DNA of 64,000 nucleotides from Raja brachyura (Eukaryota): NCBI GenBank assembly GCA_963514005.1, contig OY740783.1, forward strand, positions 128,588,001-128,652,000, written 5' to 3'. Below, piece by piece: positions 37,856-51,199 of this stretch; the stretch's first letter is position 1, and every line of letters begins with the position of its first letter. The translations under genes were made by a program, and so were the position numbers. The notes beneath the pieces are model-generated. The model did no database searches and was not told the DNA's origin. It saw only the letters and a program-made list of their open reading frames with translations.

Positions 37856-38763
37856 TTATTTTACACCATGTTTTCTCGATTTGATTAAACTTACAGTTAG
37901 GGTGAAGGGATATTTGAGTGCCTGGAACAGCTGCTCTCTGAACCTCCTCTGGGTCACGGTGTAAATGAGCGTGTTTGTGCAGGTGTTCAACAGTTGCAGA
38001 ACAACCCCAGTCTGTTCAAACATTGCAAAGGGATTCATCAATCCCCTGTACCAATAAACGCTCGCATTTCGATAGAACACGAAATGTGCTACAGTTGTGC
38101 CCCAGAGCAGCATAAAGGTGCTGGATATTGCAAGGAGTAACATAACAGAGCGTCTCCGGTTTCCGATTTCGGCGTCCGCACCATCGCGGAGCTTCCTGCG
38201 GGCCCGACTTGCCACTAAAATACGTCTGACCGTGAGCGCATTCAACAGCACGATCAAACAGAACGGAATCACAGGTGTTATGAGCTGTTCAGCCCAAGAA
38301 AATGCAACCCATGAGGGCAGAGAATAAAAGTGTGACACTATTCGGCAACCCCACTGTATACCCTCATTATCCATATGAAAATTACCATACGTGAAAGGCC
38401 TGGGAACATTTTGTAAACTGAAGAACGCACTTAGGGTCACTATAACTACCGTCGCGGTTTTCTTGGTGCAGTAACTGTTTTTTAGATTTTGCGTGGAAAT
38501 GGCCACAAAGCGATCAAAGGTGAAAGCGACTGTGAACCAAACGGAACAGTCTACTGCCGCAGAAGCGAGATATGAGATGAATCTGCACACATTACTGTAG
38601 AGCAAGAATGTGTCCCACCAATACAGATCGGCTATCCGATGCAATATGACATCCGAGACAATCACCGATATGTCCGCCGTCGCCATGGCGATCAGGTAAC
38701 GAGTAATGCATTCGGAAAGACCGCACCTTCCACGGTAGAGAACAGCAATCGCCGCCAGGTTCA
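37856..38763 (-). CDS. GPR139-like orphan class A GPCR paralog B, coding exon 2 (full protein 325 aa)
   Basis: Acceptor TTTCTTTCCTAG|TGAAC at 38764/38763; open frame with AMATADI, FTFDRFVAI, WGC, FMLLW, NTCTNTLIY; colinear with paralog A. The 4.65-kb intron is filled with LINE fragments. Confidence 0.92.
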
Positions 38764-38904
38764 CTAGGAAAGAAAGCAAGAGGAACATGTGATTAAATGG
38801 ACGGTGAAGTTTGGTGATGAGCGAGTAGTGGGTGCATTCATTTTTTTTGGTCGATTTGCGTCAACAGCGAAGAGGATTCCGTTGGTGGAAAGTTCCTTGT
38901 GGTT

Positions 38905-39420
38905 CAATAGACAATAGGCAATAGACAATAGGTACAGTAGTAGGCCATTCGGCCCTTCGGCCCGCACCGCCATTCAATGTGATCATGGCTGATCATCCCC
39001 AATCAGTACGCCTTTCCTGCCTTCTCCCCATATCCCCTGACTCCACTATCTTTAAGAGCCCTATCTAGCTCTCTCTTGAAAGTATCCAAAGAACCGGCCT
39101 CGATCGCCACCCGAGGCAGAAAATTCCACAGACTCACAACTCTCTGTGAGAAAAAGTGTTCCCTCGTCTCCGTTCCAAATGGCTTACCCCTTATTCGTAA
39201 AGTGTGGTCCCTGGTTCTGGACTCCCCCAACATCCGGAACATGTTTCACCAAGATATCCTCTCATCCTTCTAAAGTCCAGAGTGTACAAGCCCAGCCGCT
39301 CAATTCTCTTAGCATATGACAATCCCGCCATCCCGGGAATTAACCTTGTTAACCTACGTTGCACTCCCTCAACAGCAAGAATGTCCTTCCTCAAATTAGG
39401 GGACCAAAACTGCACACAAT
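38905..39420 (-). mobile_element. CR1 3' fragment
   Basis: CR1 3' tail with CAATAGA/CAATAGG repeats and ORF2 C-terminus. Confidence 0.9.
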
Positions 39421-39424
39421 ATTA

Positions 39425-41210
39425 ATAAGAATAATAGTAAACTTTATTTCGGACTCAAAAAACATCATAAAGTACATATAAAATCTTAGTATATCACTTA
39501 TAAAAGCATTATAAATTATATATTAAAAAATTAAAATCCAGAATAAAAATAATTATCAATATCCTACATCGGGACAACGATACCAGTGTCTCCACAACTG
39601 GGATTCGTAGCGTGTAGTGCTTAACCTTATGTTTGACAAGGCCACTATAATTACATTTTAGAGTCATTTATTCTGCAGATGAATGTATACGTGATTTCAT
39701 AGGTTAGCTTCTAATGTACTGATTCCTGCAGCCACAACCATGTTACTAGCTCTACACCATCTAGGTTTCTTAGCAGTGTTCTCTTGACATCATTATCCTG
39801 CAAACTTGTCTTTCCATAGTTCGACCACAGGTGAGCAGTATAGAGTGGTGTGCAATATGCTCTAAACAGCGACATTTTCACCACATCTGCACACGCACAA
39901 AACTAACGCAAGAGAATATTCGCCTGTACATACAGCATGCGTCGTTGCCTATAAATATCCTCATCATCTGTCCTTTGTTCTGTAATAAAATGCCCTGGAC
40001 ATTGCACCTTATTACAGACACTAAGATTATTGTCAGACGATTTAAAATCAGGACATTTTAGACATTTATCCTCTTTTTTTCTACAGATCATAACAGCACT
40101 CTTACAAGCATTATATTTAATATCATGTTCCAAACCATACACAGCACATATAGTAAGGAGCTGCTGTAGACCAGCGCTAAATGGACTAAAGTCCACAAGA
40201 TCATCTGCATATATAATATGGTTCACTAAAATATTAGCAATCATGCACCTTGTGTTACATGTTTTCAATTCTTTGGACAGATCAACAATAAAAAGATTAA
40301 AAAGGACTGGGGACAAAATTCACCCTTGTCTAACACCATTGCTAACCCCAAATGTGGCTGAGACCCTATTGCCCCGTTTTATTTGCATAGTCTGGTGGGC
40401 ATACCAGTAGACCAGAATTCTCACAATGTATTTAGGCACCCCTCTTTGACTCATTTTAACAAACAGCTTTCTATGATTAACACGATCAAAGGCTTTGGAA
40501 GCATCAATACAGCACATAAGGATTTAAGAGTTTTTGCCTCTATATTTGTTTACAATCTCCTTTAAGGCATATATGCATAAGTCAGTACCATGTTTAGCTT
40601 TAAAACCAAACTGGTTATCTGCGGAGTAAACAAACGCATTTAGTCTATCCAGCAGAACTCTTGCTAAAACTTTTGACAATATGCTGACTAAAGCTATGGG
40701 CCTGTAATTATTTAGGCTACCTACTTTACCAGCTTTCTCCTAAATGACAGGCACTAACAGAACAGGCAACATTGAGTCTGGTAACAACCCATGAATCATT
40801 AAGCCAGTAAAACAAATAGCAAGGAGAGGAGCTATCCTCATACTCGCATACTTACGATGCTCAGCAGAACTATGATCCAAGCCACTTGCTTTGTTGTTGG
40901 ACAGCTTGTTCATGGCATGATACACCTCATGTGACATAATCAACAATGCGTCATTACTCTCCATATTTCCACCTTATACAAGTTACTTTAGACACAATTG
41001 AATAAAGTACCATAATGTTGTTGCTGTAACTCCGCGATATTAGCTGTTCTGGAGATTCCATCTACAGTGCATGGTAGAGATGTTTTGCAACTGTTAAGAG
41101 CTCTCACTTCTTTCCAAAAATCAGTAGCATTGTTACTTAGCAGCTTCTTAGCCATGGAATCAGCCCTCATAGCTTGTTTTTTTAAAGATGAAGCGAATAG
41201 CACACTTATA
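39425..41210 (-). mobile_element. Non-LTR retrotransposon RT fragment (RTEX-like; clade not resolved)
   Basis: DASKAFDRV, GVRQG, IYADD in frameshifted ORFs; AATAAA plus (TTA/TAT)n-like tail near 39425-39450. Confidence 0.75.
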
Positions 41211-41214
41211 CCTT

Positions 41215-42100
41215 GCATTAGTGACCATACCCCAGTTGTGATCTCACGAGTGCCATGTACAACTGCAGAAGGACCTCTTTGCTCCTATACTTGACTCCTC
41301 TTGTTATAAAGGCCAACATGCCATTCGCTTTCTTCATTGCCTGCTGTACCTGCATGCTTACTTTCATCGACCGATGAACAAGGACCCCCTGATCCCGTTG
41401 TACTTTCCCTTTTCCCAACTTGACACCATTTAGATAGTAATCTGTCTTCCTGTTTTTGATACCAAAGTGGATACCCTCACATTTATCCACATTAAACTTC
41501 ATCTGCCATGCATCTGCCCACTCCCCCAACCTGTCCAAGTCATCGTGGATTCTCGTAGCATCCTCCTCACAGTTCACACTACCACCCAGCTTTGTGTCAT
41601 CTGCAAATTTTCTCATGTTACTTTGAATCCCTTCATCTAAATCATTGATGTATATTGTAAATAGCTGCGGTCCCAGCATCGAGCCTTGCGGTACCCCACT
41701 AGTCACTGCCTGCCATTCTGAAAGGGAACCGTTAATCACTACTCTTTGTTTCCCGTCTGCCAACCAATTTTCTATCCATGTCAGCACTATACGATGTGCC
41801 CTAACTTTGCCCACTAATCTCCTATGCGTGACCTTATCAAATGCTTTCTGATGTCCGGGTAAACTACATCCACTGGCTCTCCCTTGTCCATTTACCTAGT
41901 TACATCCTCAAAACATTCCAGAAGATTAGTCAAGCATGATTTCCCCTTCATAAATCTATGCTGACTCGGACCGATTCTGTTACTGCTATCCAAATGAGCG
42001 GCTATTTCATCTTTTATAATTGATTCCAGCATCTTCCCCACCACCGATGTCAGGCTAAGTGGTCTATAATTCCCTGTTTTTTTCTCTCACGCCTTTCTTC
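41215..42100 (-). mobile_element. CR1 RT fragment
   Basis: SGVPQGS..GP, KFADDTKL; homologous to 5800-6660. Confidence 0.9.
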
Positions 42101-42434
42101 ACTGTAGTTTCGGATGCTGCGCTCATGTCAAATCTTTCCACTCGATAGTGAATTGATCACTTGTGCAGTGACCTTTAAAGGAAGCGATATGCGGACAAAA
42201 TCGTAGCCAACGTTGTTCGGGATTCCCCATCCAAGCAGGATTAGATTCCCAGTTCTACAGCTAATCGAGACGGCCGCGCTCACTCTGGAGCGTTTGTCAG
42301 TTAATCACATATTGTTAAATTAGGTCAAATTATTTTTTATTTTTAAAAGAGACGTTTAAACCCATATGATAGCAGATGGACCAATAAAACACATTTGATT
42401 GCAGGAAATGTGCAATAATACTCGATAAATTGGA

Positions 42435-42740
42435 ATTTTAGTTTAGAGATACAACACGGAAACAGGCCCTTCGGCCCACAGTCCGTGCCGACCAGCGATG
42501 CGCGCACATTAACACTTTACTGCACACACTAGGGACAATTTACAATTTTACCAAGCCAATTAACCTACAAACCTGTACGTCTTTGGAGTGTGGGATGAAA
42601 CCGGAACCCGAAGAAAACCCACTAGGCCACGGGGACAAATGTACAAACTCCGTACAGCCAAGTACCCGTAGTCATGATCGAACCCGGGTCTCTGGCGCTG
42701 TAAGGCAGCAACTCTACCGTTGCGCCACCGTGGCGCCACC
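42435..42740 (-). mobile_element. tRNA-derived V-SINE-type SINE
   Basis: A/B-box head GGTGGCGCAACGGTAG...GGTTCGATC, V-domain-like core, CR1-like tail. Related copies at ~14445-14770, 22768-23075, 32255-32370 and 47735-47995. Confidence 0.8.
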
Positions 42741-43416
42741 GTGCCGGAATCTCGCCACAGTCAGGGATCAGCCTAGACGAGATCGTCCGATTAACATGTT
42801 CTGTACATTCTATGCCCCTTTTCCCTATTCTATTTGAAGTTGACAGTCTTTTGTGAATCTACAGTATTATATGTCCGGATTTGATAGCAGGGGAAACAAA
42901 GCTTTTCAGTGTACCTCCGTACACCTAACGATAATAAACCTTACCCTGAGCCAAAATCCAAAAGCTAAACATTGGTTCCAACTATTCGATCCGGCAGAAT
43001 CATTGGATTCATCTCTGTAATTTAATGCGAGAAAGTAAACTTAAAATTGTTCTCAGGTCTCGAGGTATTTTCCACAGTCCGCAGCTAAATAATTAGATCG
43101 GGTTTCCCGGGAACGTTGCAATGCCTTCCAAAACATGGCGTCCGGGAATATAATTCAATATGCGTTCAGGTTGCAACCCAATGTATTCTTTTTAAGCCCA
43201 GCTTGCCACGGCTTTCAAATATTAAAAAGAATAGATATTGAAGAAATGGTTAGAGCAAATTATTAAAGGCTTTAGGTTAACCACGTCCCACCGCCCCACA
43301 CCTGGACGCGGTCCAACAAACTAACTTTCAACACACTTTTCACTATATATTCGATATTGCCCATTTACTGAACGTCACCCTCACACCAATCCCAATACAA
43401 CTTTCCAGTGACATAC

Positions 43417-43486
43417 CAGGCACTCCGATTGCTGCCAGAATCGGGTAATAATAATATTCAACCAACATGTGCCACTTCCAACTCAT
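43417..43486 (-). CDS. GPR139-like GPCR paralog B, coding exon 1 (MSWKWHMLVEYYYYPILAAIGVP)
   Basis: ATG at 43486; 70 nt; donor CCTG|GTATGT; same length and phase as paralog A exon 1. Confidence 0.9.
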
Positions 43487-43555
43487 TTCTCCTGCAATGC
43501 GACCTCAGCAAGGCAGTACGACGCTCACAATAATTTGGAAAGCTCAAACCCGGTG

Positions 43556-43562
43556 TCTTATA
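43556..43562 (-). promoter_or_regulatory. Candidate TATA box of GPCR paralog B
   Basis: GGAATATAAGA ~70 nt upstream of the ATG; positionally conserved with paralog A. Confidence 0.45.
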
Positions 43563-45369
43563 TTCCAAGGAAAAATCGTAGCTGAAAATTAGATCACCTC
43601 CCGGGACATGGCATTACCTAATTTAATCCCATGTGAAAATGTTACTCGCTGGTGCCGCTTTTCCACATCCACCATCCGAGCACCTACAGAAAAACAAGAC
43701 TGTAAAACACCAATCAGCTACGATTAAATATTTTATTTGCAACCATTGTCTGCAGTGCCCATGCATGGTTTAATTTCCACCACATGCTAATACTTTTTTT
43801 ATCGCGGATTACTCCAGAAGCTGCTGCGAAAAATAAAATAAAACATTACTTGTGCAGATTTCTAATAGGCTGTGGGCAGAGGAGCTTTTTTGTACAGTTT
43901 CGTGACCCAACTCACGGAACTGCATGAAATTTTCACATATTGTAAAAATATCATATAAATCAGCCCTGAAACCTGTCAAGAACAAAACTTGCACTTTTTA
44001 AAATTAAATTATAGAAAAATCTGATTTTTTTCTAGTATTTTTGGCCATTCAAAGCACGCTTGACATGGAGTCGGACGCCGGTTGGCCAAACACGCGCTTA
44101 GTTTCAGGCTAGCTCGGCAGAGGATTTCATTGATGCCTGTTTTACTGGAGAATCCGATGAAGGTTCTTTGTTGTTCTGCGGAATACATGTCGTGGAAACT
44201 TGCAGCAGGGTAATTGAATTTAGTGAGAAAAGCATTAAGAAGTCTGAAGAATGTGCAGCTAAGTGGATAGAAGTGGAACAAAGCCTTGAAAGCAAAGTCG
44301 CTGCTAAGGTGCTGCAACACAAAGTCGTGAAACCAGTGAAACATTGTACAAAGGTGCACAAAGGTACAAAGTACAGTTATTATCACATACACCAATTTGT
44401 GTCGTCAAATTTGACTTGCCATGCAGCACACAGATAAAGATAAGACACAACATTAAAGAATTTAACAATAAACATAAAACATACCCCACAATGGTTCCCA
44501 CTGTGAGGGAAGGCACAAAGACCAGTCCCATCCCCATGTGCACCCATAGTCGGGCCTATTGAGGCCTCTGCAGTCGCTGGTGCGGGGCCCGATGTTCCAG
44601 GCATTTCTCGCCGGGTGATGGTGCTCCGGCGTCGGGAGAATCCTCTCAGCTGCTTGGGCCACCTGGAACGGCCGCTTCCTTACTGGATTCCGCGGCTTCG
44701 GAAGCCGACAGGCCGCGCTGGATGGTGCTCCACCACTGGGATGGAAGCTCCCGATGTAATGTTCAGCGCCGCCGCCCGTAGCTGGCCGCTCCACAGTCCC
44801 GCAGCTCCTGTTTTTGTTTGGTTTTTTTGTCGGCCGTCTTCAGCACACCGGAGTTGAAGCGCGGCGACCCAGGCAAGGCATCGCCTGATCCGATCCGCGA
44901 TAGCGCTCCAGCGCTGCGCCCCCGCCGAAGCCCCGGTTCTAGCTGGTCCCATCAGGAAACACCGCTCCAGGCCCTCTGGTAGGCCGCGAGGACGGGTTGA
45001 AGATGCAGCCCGGAGAAAATCTGCCTCTCCGAGCAGGTAGGGACCAGGAAAAGCAGTTTCCTCTCTCCCCCCCCCCCCCCCCCACCCCCCCACCCCGCCC
45101 CCGCCCCCCACATAAAAAAGAATGCACACGAAACAAAACACTTTTTACACACTAAAAATAAAAGAAATAAGTTAAAAGACAGACAGCTATAATTGTATTA
45201 TATAAAACAATGTATCATACCCAACTGGACGGCGCAATGATTCATTGTGAATCAAATGGAACTGAAAGGTAAGATCTAAAGTCTGAATTTATGAAAATTA
45301 ATCTGTATGGACTTTAACTAATTTAATTGCACCCTTTTATAATGCGAAACAATGAGATTTGGAGGCTGT

Positions 45370-45475
45370 ACATTCACTCATTCATTCACTCATTCATTCA
45401 TTCACTCATACACTCATGCATTCATTCACTGATCCATTAATCCATTCACCCATTCATGCACTAATTCATTCATGA
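45370..45475 (+). repeat. (CATT/CACT)n degenerate microsatellite
   Basis: Visible tetranucleotide periodicity. Confidence 0.9.
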
Positions 45476-46398
45476 AGTTGAGGGCCTAAACTATGTGTAT
45501 ACTTAACAAAGTAAAATGAACATAAACTAATGCCAGCTTATTGAAGTCTAATAAGTTTTCTTGAACATCTATTATCGGTGCTGCCTGCGATAACTTACCT
45601 GGAAAAAGTGCTCCGACCACGGGGCTTATGGGCCTATGGGCCTATGTACTTAACATAGTGAAGCCACGGTCTCAATTAAGAACCGGCCGATTCGCGAACG
45701 CGGAGCCGCGGAGTGTGTTTGCATCATCTCCGCGGAAGGGGGGGGGGGGGGGGGGGGGGGGAGAGAACATAGTGCCGTCCGTAGCGGCCGTTTCCAGACC
45801 CCGGGAGAATACGGAGGAATATTCACTGCACTTTATAGGCTTCCACTGGAGTGATAAATGGGCAGAAATAGCTGATGCTTATGTAGATATGAATTGGTGT
45901 ATGTTAACTTGAACTTGAACTAATCTATCTATGGTAGTAACAGTGTTATTCTCATTAACATTAAGAAGAGGTGAAATTTTATGATTTTTTCCATGGAGAC
46001 TTAATGCCTATGAGATTTTTTCTGTAGCCTCTGACTGACCCTCTACTTGAACTTGAACTGGAACTCTTATCAATGGACATCAAAGCTTATCAAAAGACTT
46101 GGACTCTGATGAAGACTATTCAGATGAAGATCAGATGTTGTGTAAACAAATACATTTGGGAAATAAATGATTATATAAAGTTTTATTTTAATGTCGATCG
46201 TTTCACTGTTTATTTGGTCAAATTATTTAAACAATAAGTGAATTACCTATGCTAATGGCGTGCTGGTAAATGACAGTGCGACAGTCCACCCACCCATCCA
46301 CACTGACATATATATATACATACATACATACATACACATACACATCCATCCATACGCACACCTGCATGCATGCACACACACAACATGCACACATACAT

Positions 46399-46438
<40 letters not shown>

Positions 46439-47349
46439 ACACACACACACATCCATCCGCATGCAGACATACATGCACACATCCATGCCAACACATACAT
46501 CCACACATACATCCACACATCCATCCATCCGCATATACACTTACATCCACACATCCACAGATACATGTTTGACAGTTATACACAGACACACACACAAACT
46601 ACAGTACTCAAACAATGCAACACTTTAGGGTTATATTAGGTTAAATGTAATAGCTCTCATTTGCAAAGGCACCATCGGGGGGTCTCTACCATAAATATAA
46701 TCTCATTGCAGCTTAAAATGAATACTCATCGAGTAAACATCAGAGCATTCGATTCTTGGTCAGGATGTGACATTTACATCAGAAATAAGACAGGTCTCTT
46801 ACAGGTCTGTCATCCAGCCTGGCACTGCCCCAGTCCCACTATGGCAGTTGCCACCATTATCCTAACTATGGCAGTCAGTTGGGTTCAGTAAAAGGGGAAA
46901 CCCAGAGGATCTGGCCTGACCCTTTAATTAGACAGGTTCATGAGCCCTTAAAAACTGAGAGCTCTGCTACTGTCTCATTAGATTTCCTTTTAAAGCGACA
47001 GGAAGATGCCTTACTGGACTGTCCCCCAGCCTGGCACTGCCCCAGTCCCACTATGACCGTGACCCCCCATTCTGCACACTGGCAGTCAGCGGGGTTCAGT
47101 AAAGGAAGGAACCCACAAGAACTGCCCTCACCCATTAGTTAGGCTGGTTCAGGACCTCTGCGACAGTGTCATTAAAAAAACACTCACAATTATACTCATC
47201 ATATTATTTTTATATAATACAATTATACTTAAATATATATGATTACAGTCATATTTACAAGTCATAATATATATATTATAGGTATATTAATATATAGTTT
47301 AAATGGACTGCAACACGGAAATAGGCTGCGAATGGTGTATTATGAGCAT

Positions 47350-47367
47350 TGGCCACTAGATGGCGCT
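47350..47367 (+). promoter_or_regulatory. CTCF-binding motif (strong)
   Basis: TGGCCACTAGATGGCGCT matches the CTCF core consensus closely. Confidence 0.7.
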
Positions 47368-49269
47368 TACTTTCCCGATCTCATTTTGTAATTAGTTTAA
47401 TTAATTAATGTGCAACTTTCGGCACTGACGACTTATGACATCCTTCTCAATTATATTTAATCTAAATCTGTGGAAAATGTCATGTAGGTCCGTGACGTGG
47501 GTCACGAAATTCGATTTCTACACACATTTTTGATGCTTGCCCCACAGCCTAATTGTTGTTGTACGAAGTGCCGGATTAAGTTGTTACAACAAACGTGCAG
47601 AAGATATATGTTTAACAATAAAAATAAGTTGAAATTGCTGGACATGTTAAATAGGAACAGTAAATTTTGCAAACACCTGGAGTGTTACGCAGCCTGTGGC
47701 GAAAGACAAATCTCACACCGGGAAGCCGAATGACGGCTGGAAGCGCCAGAGACCCGACTTCGTTCCCGAAATCAGGTGCAGACTGTGAGCAATTTGTGCG
47801 TTCTCCCCGTGTTTTCCTACTGGTGCTCTGCTTTCCTCCCACATCCCAAAGACGTGCAGGTTTGTAGGTTAATTGACCTGTGTGATTGACTCTGGTGTGT
47901 CGGGGGTGGATGCGATAGTGCGATAACGTGGAACGTGTGTGTCGCCGTGGATTTGGTTGGCAGAAGGATCTATTTCTATGCTATATCTCTAATCGAAAAT
48001 GAATTTGCCATGGTTTAGTCTCCCAAGGATGGTCGTCCTGGAAACGGATTGGTTTTCTCTTTCCACACTTGCTGCCCAACCAATGACCAATTTCTCTGTT
48101 TTCTGTCAAAGAGGTTACCTATTTGTAAAATACGTTGAATGTAAAATGGGGAGATTTCGGAACAGCTGTAGTATTTAAATATTTCTTTAATCCAAGGATG
48201 TATCAGAAAGACAATTTGAATTCATTTTTGTCTACGGCTCCCAATGTAATTTAAACATAAAACGCTCCTCTAGTTACTAAATTGGTAATGAAAAATGTCA
48301 GTTTTACGAATAGTTACGGTGAAAAAAAAAAGGACATTTGGGAAATCCCACTAATCCTTGAATAGAGTGAGAATTGAAAGGAGGTTTTGAGTGACGTTGA
48401 AAATTACATTTGCATTTATTTAAATCAAACATTGATTTAGCAACTGTGCATTTTCACTATTAAAAGTAGACTCCATCGATATGAAAGCAGTTTGCTGTTA
48501 AAGTCACGAGGCAAACGTAGTTTTTACAATAGATTTCAGGTTGAAATTTATAATGAATATATTTTTTATTCATTTCGTATCGGACAGTGCTACAATATTA
48601 ATCATTTGTTCTTCAGTGCCGATGACATTGTAAACGTAAATTCGTTTTAAAGATGATTGAAGCTGAATTGGGCGTCATTGCATAAACATTAATTTTTATT
48701 TGATTATTATTGAATTCATTAAGGCGCAGTCCATTGCAATGGTGCACACCGCCGAATATTTGAAACCTGTGTCGATTTATTTAATTACGGAGTATTAACA
48801 TGATCTTATATTTTATATGCTACATTTAGTTTCCAGATGTTGTGCTACATAACGTTTATTAATCTGCCATTATATTGAGAGAGTTATTCTTAATCCTTAC
48901 AAATGCAATCTCTTACTTGTTTTTAATCTGGTTGTCAATGTTGTCATCGGCTGGTTTGCTTTTCGGAATTAACTTGCAATTACTATCGGCATACAAATGA
49001 TCAGTATATTTTCGTGAGTGATGGGAGAACAAAATACAGTACAAATGAACATTTTAAGTGTGTTATTTGTCGTTAAATAACAGAGCTACCATTTCAATCC
49101 CATCCACCCCCTTAGTTGGTTTCGTTCGATGGACACATTATAGGGCAAATTTCACGAACAAGATTGTGATTGTTTATTTTTGTCTTCTCCCAACTTATGT
49201 TCAGAAGCCCGATATGGTAGACCACAGTTATCCTTCCATTTTCTATGATTTTATCGGATAATCTCTGAA

Positions 49270-50000
49270 CCATTTATCAAACCAAAACTATTCCCTCTTC
49301 CTCCAAATCAAAAGATCAGCCATGGGCTAGCTCATGGGCCCAAGCAAAACCTACCTAAATCATTTAATTTAAATTAAATAAATGCAAATAACGTCACTCA
49401 AACCCTCTGTTGAGCCATCGGTTTCAAGTCTCAACTCTATTCTCGGATTAGTGGGATACCCGTTCTATAATTAAAATAGCGGAGACAATTTCGTTTCCAA
49501 ACATTCCTCAGCGTTTCACAAATTTTCATTTAGTTGGGTACATGGAACAACCCCTGACACAGACTGCCCCTATCCCCGAACTCTTCCTCCTGTACCCATG
49601 CAGAACTCGTCGACTTCATTGTCTACAAACTTATATCCTACGAGCAAATTCACCCAGTCCATCCCGGACACACACCTCCCCTCTGTTGATCTCACCGTCT
49701 CCATCGCAGGAGATAGACTATCGACTGACGTAAATTACAAATCTACGGACTCCCACAGCTATCAGGAATACACCACTTCCAACCTTACCTCCTGCAAAGA
49801 TTGTCCTACTCCAAAATTCATCCATCTCCGCGCAACTGCTCCCAAGATGAGTTGTTCTATACCAGGATATCCGAGGTCCTCATTCTTTAGGAAGCGGCTA
49901 TTCCCCACTTTTACAATTGACGAGGCCCTCACACGTGTCTACACCGTATCCCATAGTTCCGTCCTTGTTCCATCATCCCCAGTCGCAACAAGGAGTTTGG
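49270..50000 (+). mobile_element. Penelope-like RT fragment
   Basis: Decayed FLQIK..AMG and LSTDVNYKSTDSHSY motifs. Confidence 0.7.
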
Positions 50001-50460
50001 TGAGATTGTAACACGTAGGCCAATATTAGTTATGGGTAGACAAAAATGCTGGATACACTCAGCGGGTGAGGCAGCATCTAAGGAGCGAACGAAATAGGCA
50101 ACATTTCGGGTCGAAGCCTTCTTCAGGCTGAGCATTGAGCATTCCTGAATAACCCTGCGAATTTCACAGTAATTAATACTGGAGGCCTATCGATATATTT
50201 CCAACTCGAGATTGTGCGTACATTTGACAGCAACTGGCAGATATTGGCACCCACAGATTGGCACCAGATACGTTGTCAGCCAATCTGTTCCAATGTGGTA
50301 TCAAAGCGAAATGTTGAACTAATAGCTTATGATACTCAGGTGAAGTTTCATGAAATAGAAAACTGCTTAACGAATTGCTGTATAATGATTCGTCGCACTA
50401 AATATTTTGCAAAACGAGCAAGAGAGAGAATTTAACATTCGTGTGACCTTTGACTTGCAG

Positions 50461-50751
50461 CGACTCCATCCGCACCCAGCCCCTTCATTCTCTTCACCTG
50501 CGAGGATCACGGTTCCTGCGATTCGTTCACCTACGGTTGTTTGGTGTTGGGCTATTCCCCTGTGGGAGCCAGCGTTTCTTGGAAGAAAGATGATAAAACA
50601 AAGACCACCGGAGTGAAGGACTACCCGGCAGCGCTCAATAAGATGGGAACTTACACCCGGAGCAGCGAGTTAACCATCACCGAGGCAGGGAAAGGCGGCA
50701 TCTTCTGCGTGGTTCAGCACGACACAAAAGAGTATAAAGCGAAAGTACCAG
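50461..50751 (+). CDS. IGHM: IgM heavy chain CH1 exon (open frame)
   Basis: TTGCAG| acceptor, |GTTCGT donor, 291 nt phase 1-1: ATPSAPSPFILFTCEDH...YGCLVLGYSP...VSWKKD...TTGVKDYPAALNKMGTYTRSSELTITE...IFCVVQH; matches shark IgM CH1 as remembered. Confidence 0.9.
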
Positions 50752-51153
50752 GTTCGTGTTGCGGTGTACCGCGATGCCGAGGGTAGAGTTGAGAGTCAAG
50801 AGTCAAGAGTGTTTTATTGTCATATGTCCCAGATGGAACAATGAGATTTTTGCTTCCTGCAGCACAACAGAATATGTATTCATAATAAATGATATGATAA
50901 ACGAGAGAACAAAGTTCCACGTATATATACACGTACTCACATAAGTTTATATATGTATATATATATACATGGAACAACCCCTGACACAGACTGCCCCTAT
51001 CCTCGAACTCTTCCTCCTGTACCCATGCAGAACTAATCGACTTCATTGTCTACAAATTATATCCTACGATCAAATTCACCGAGTCCATCCCGGACACATA
51101 CCTCCCCTCTGTTGATATCACCGTCTCCATCGCAGGAGATATACTCCTTATTA

Positions 51154-51190
<37 letters not shown>

Positions 51191-51199
51191 TAATAGTAT

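Noticed and set aside
38764-38788. ORF-track N-terminus MFLLLSFL for GPCR B (and the GTG start for A)
   Set aside because: These are intron polypyrimidine tract/acceptor sequence; the true starts are in the upstream 70-nt exons.
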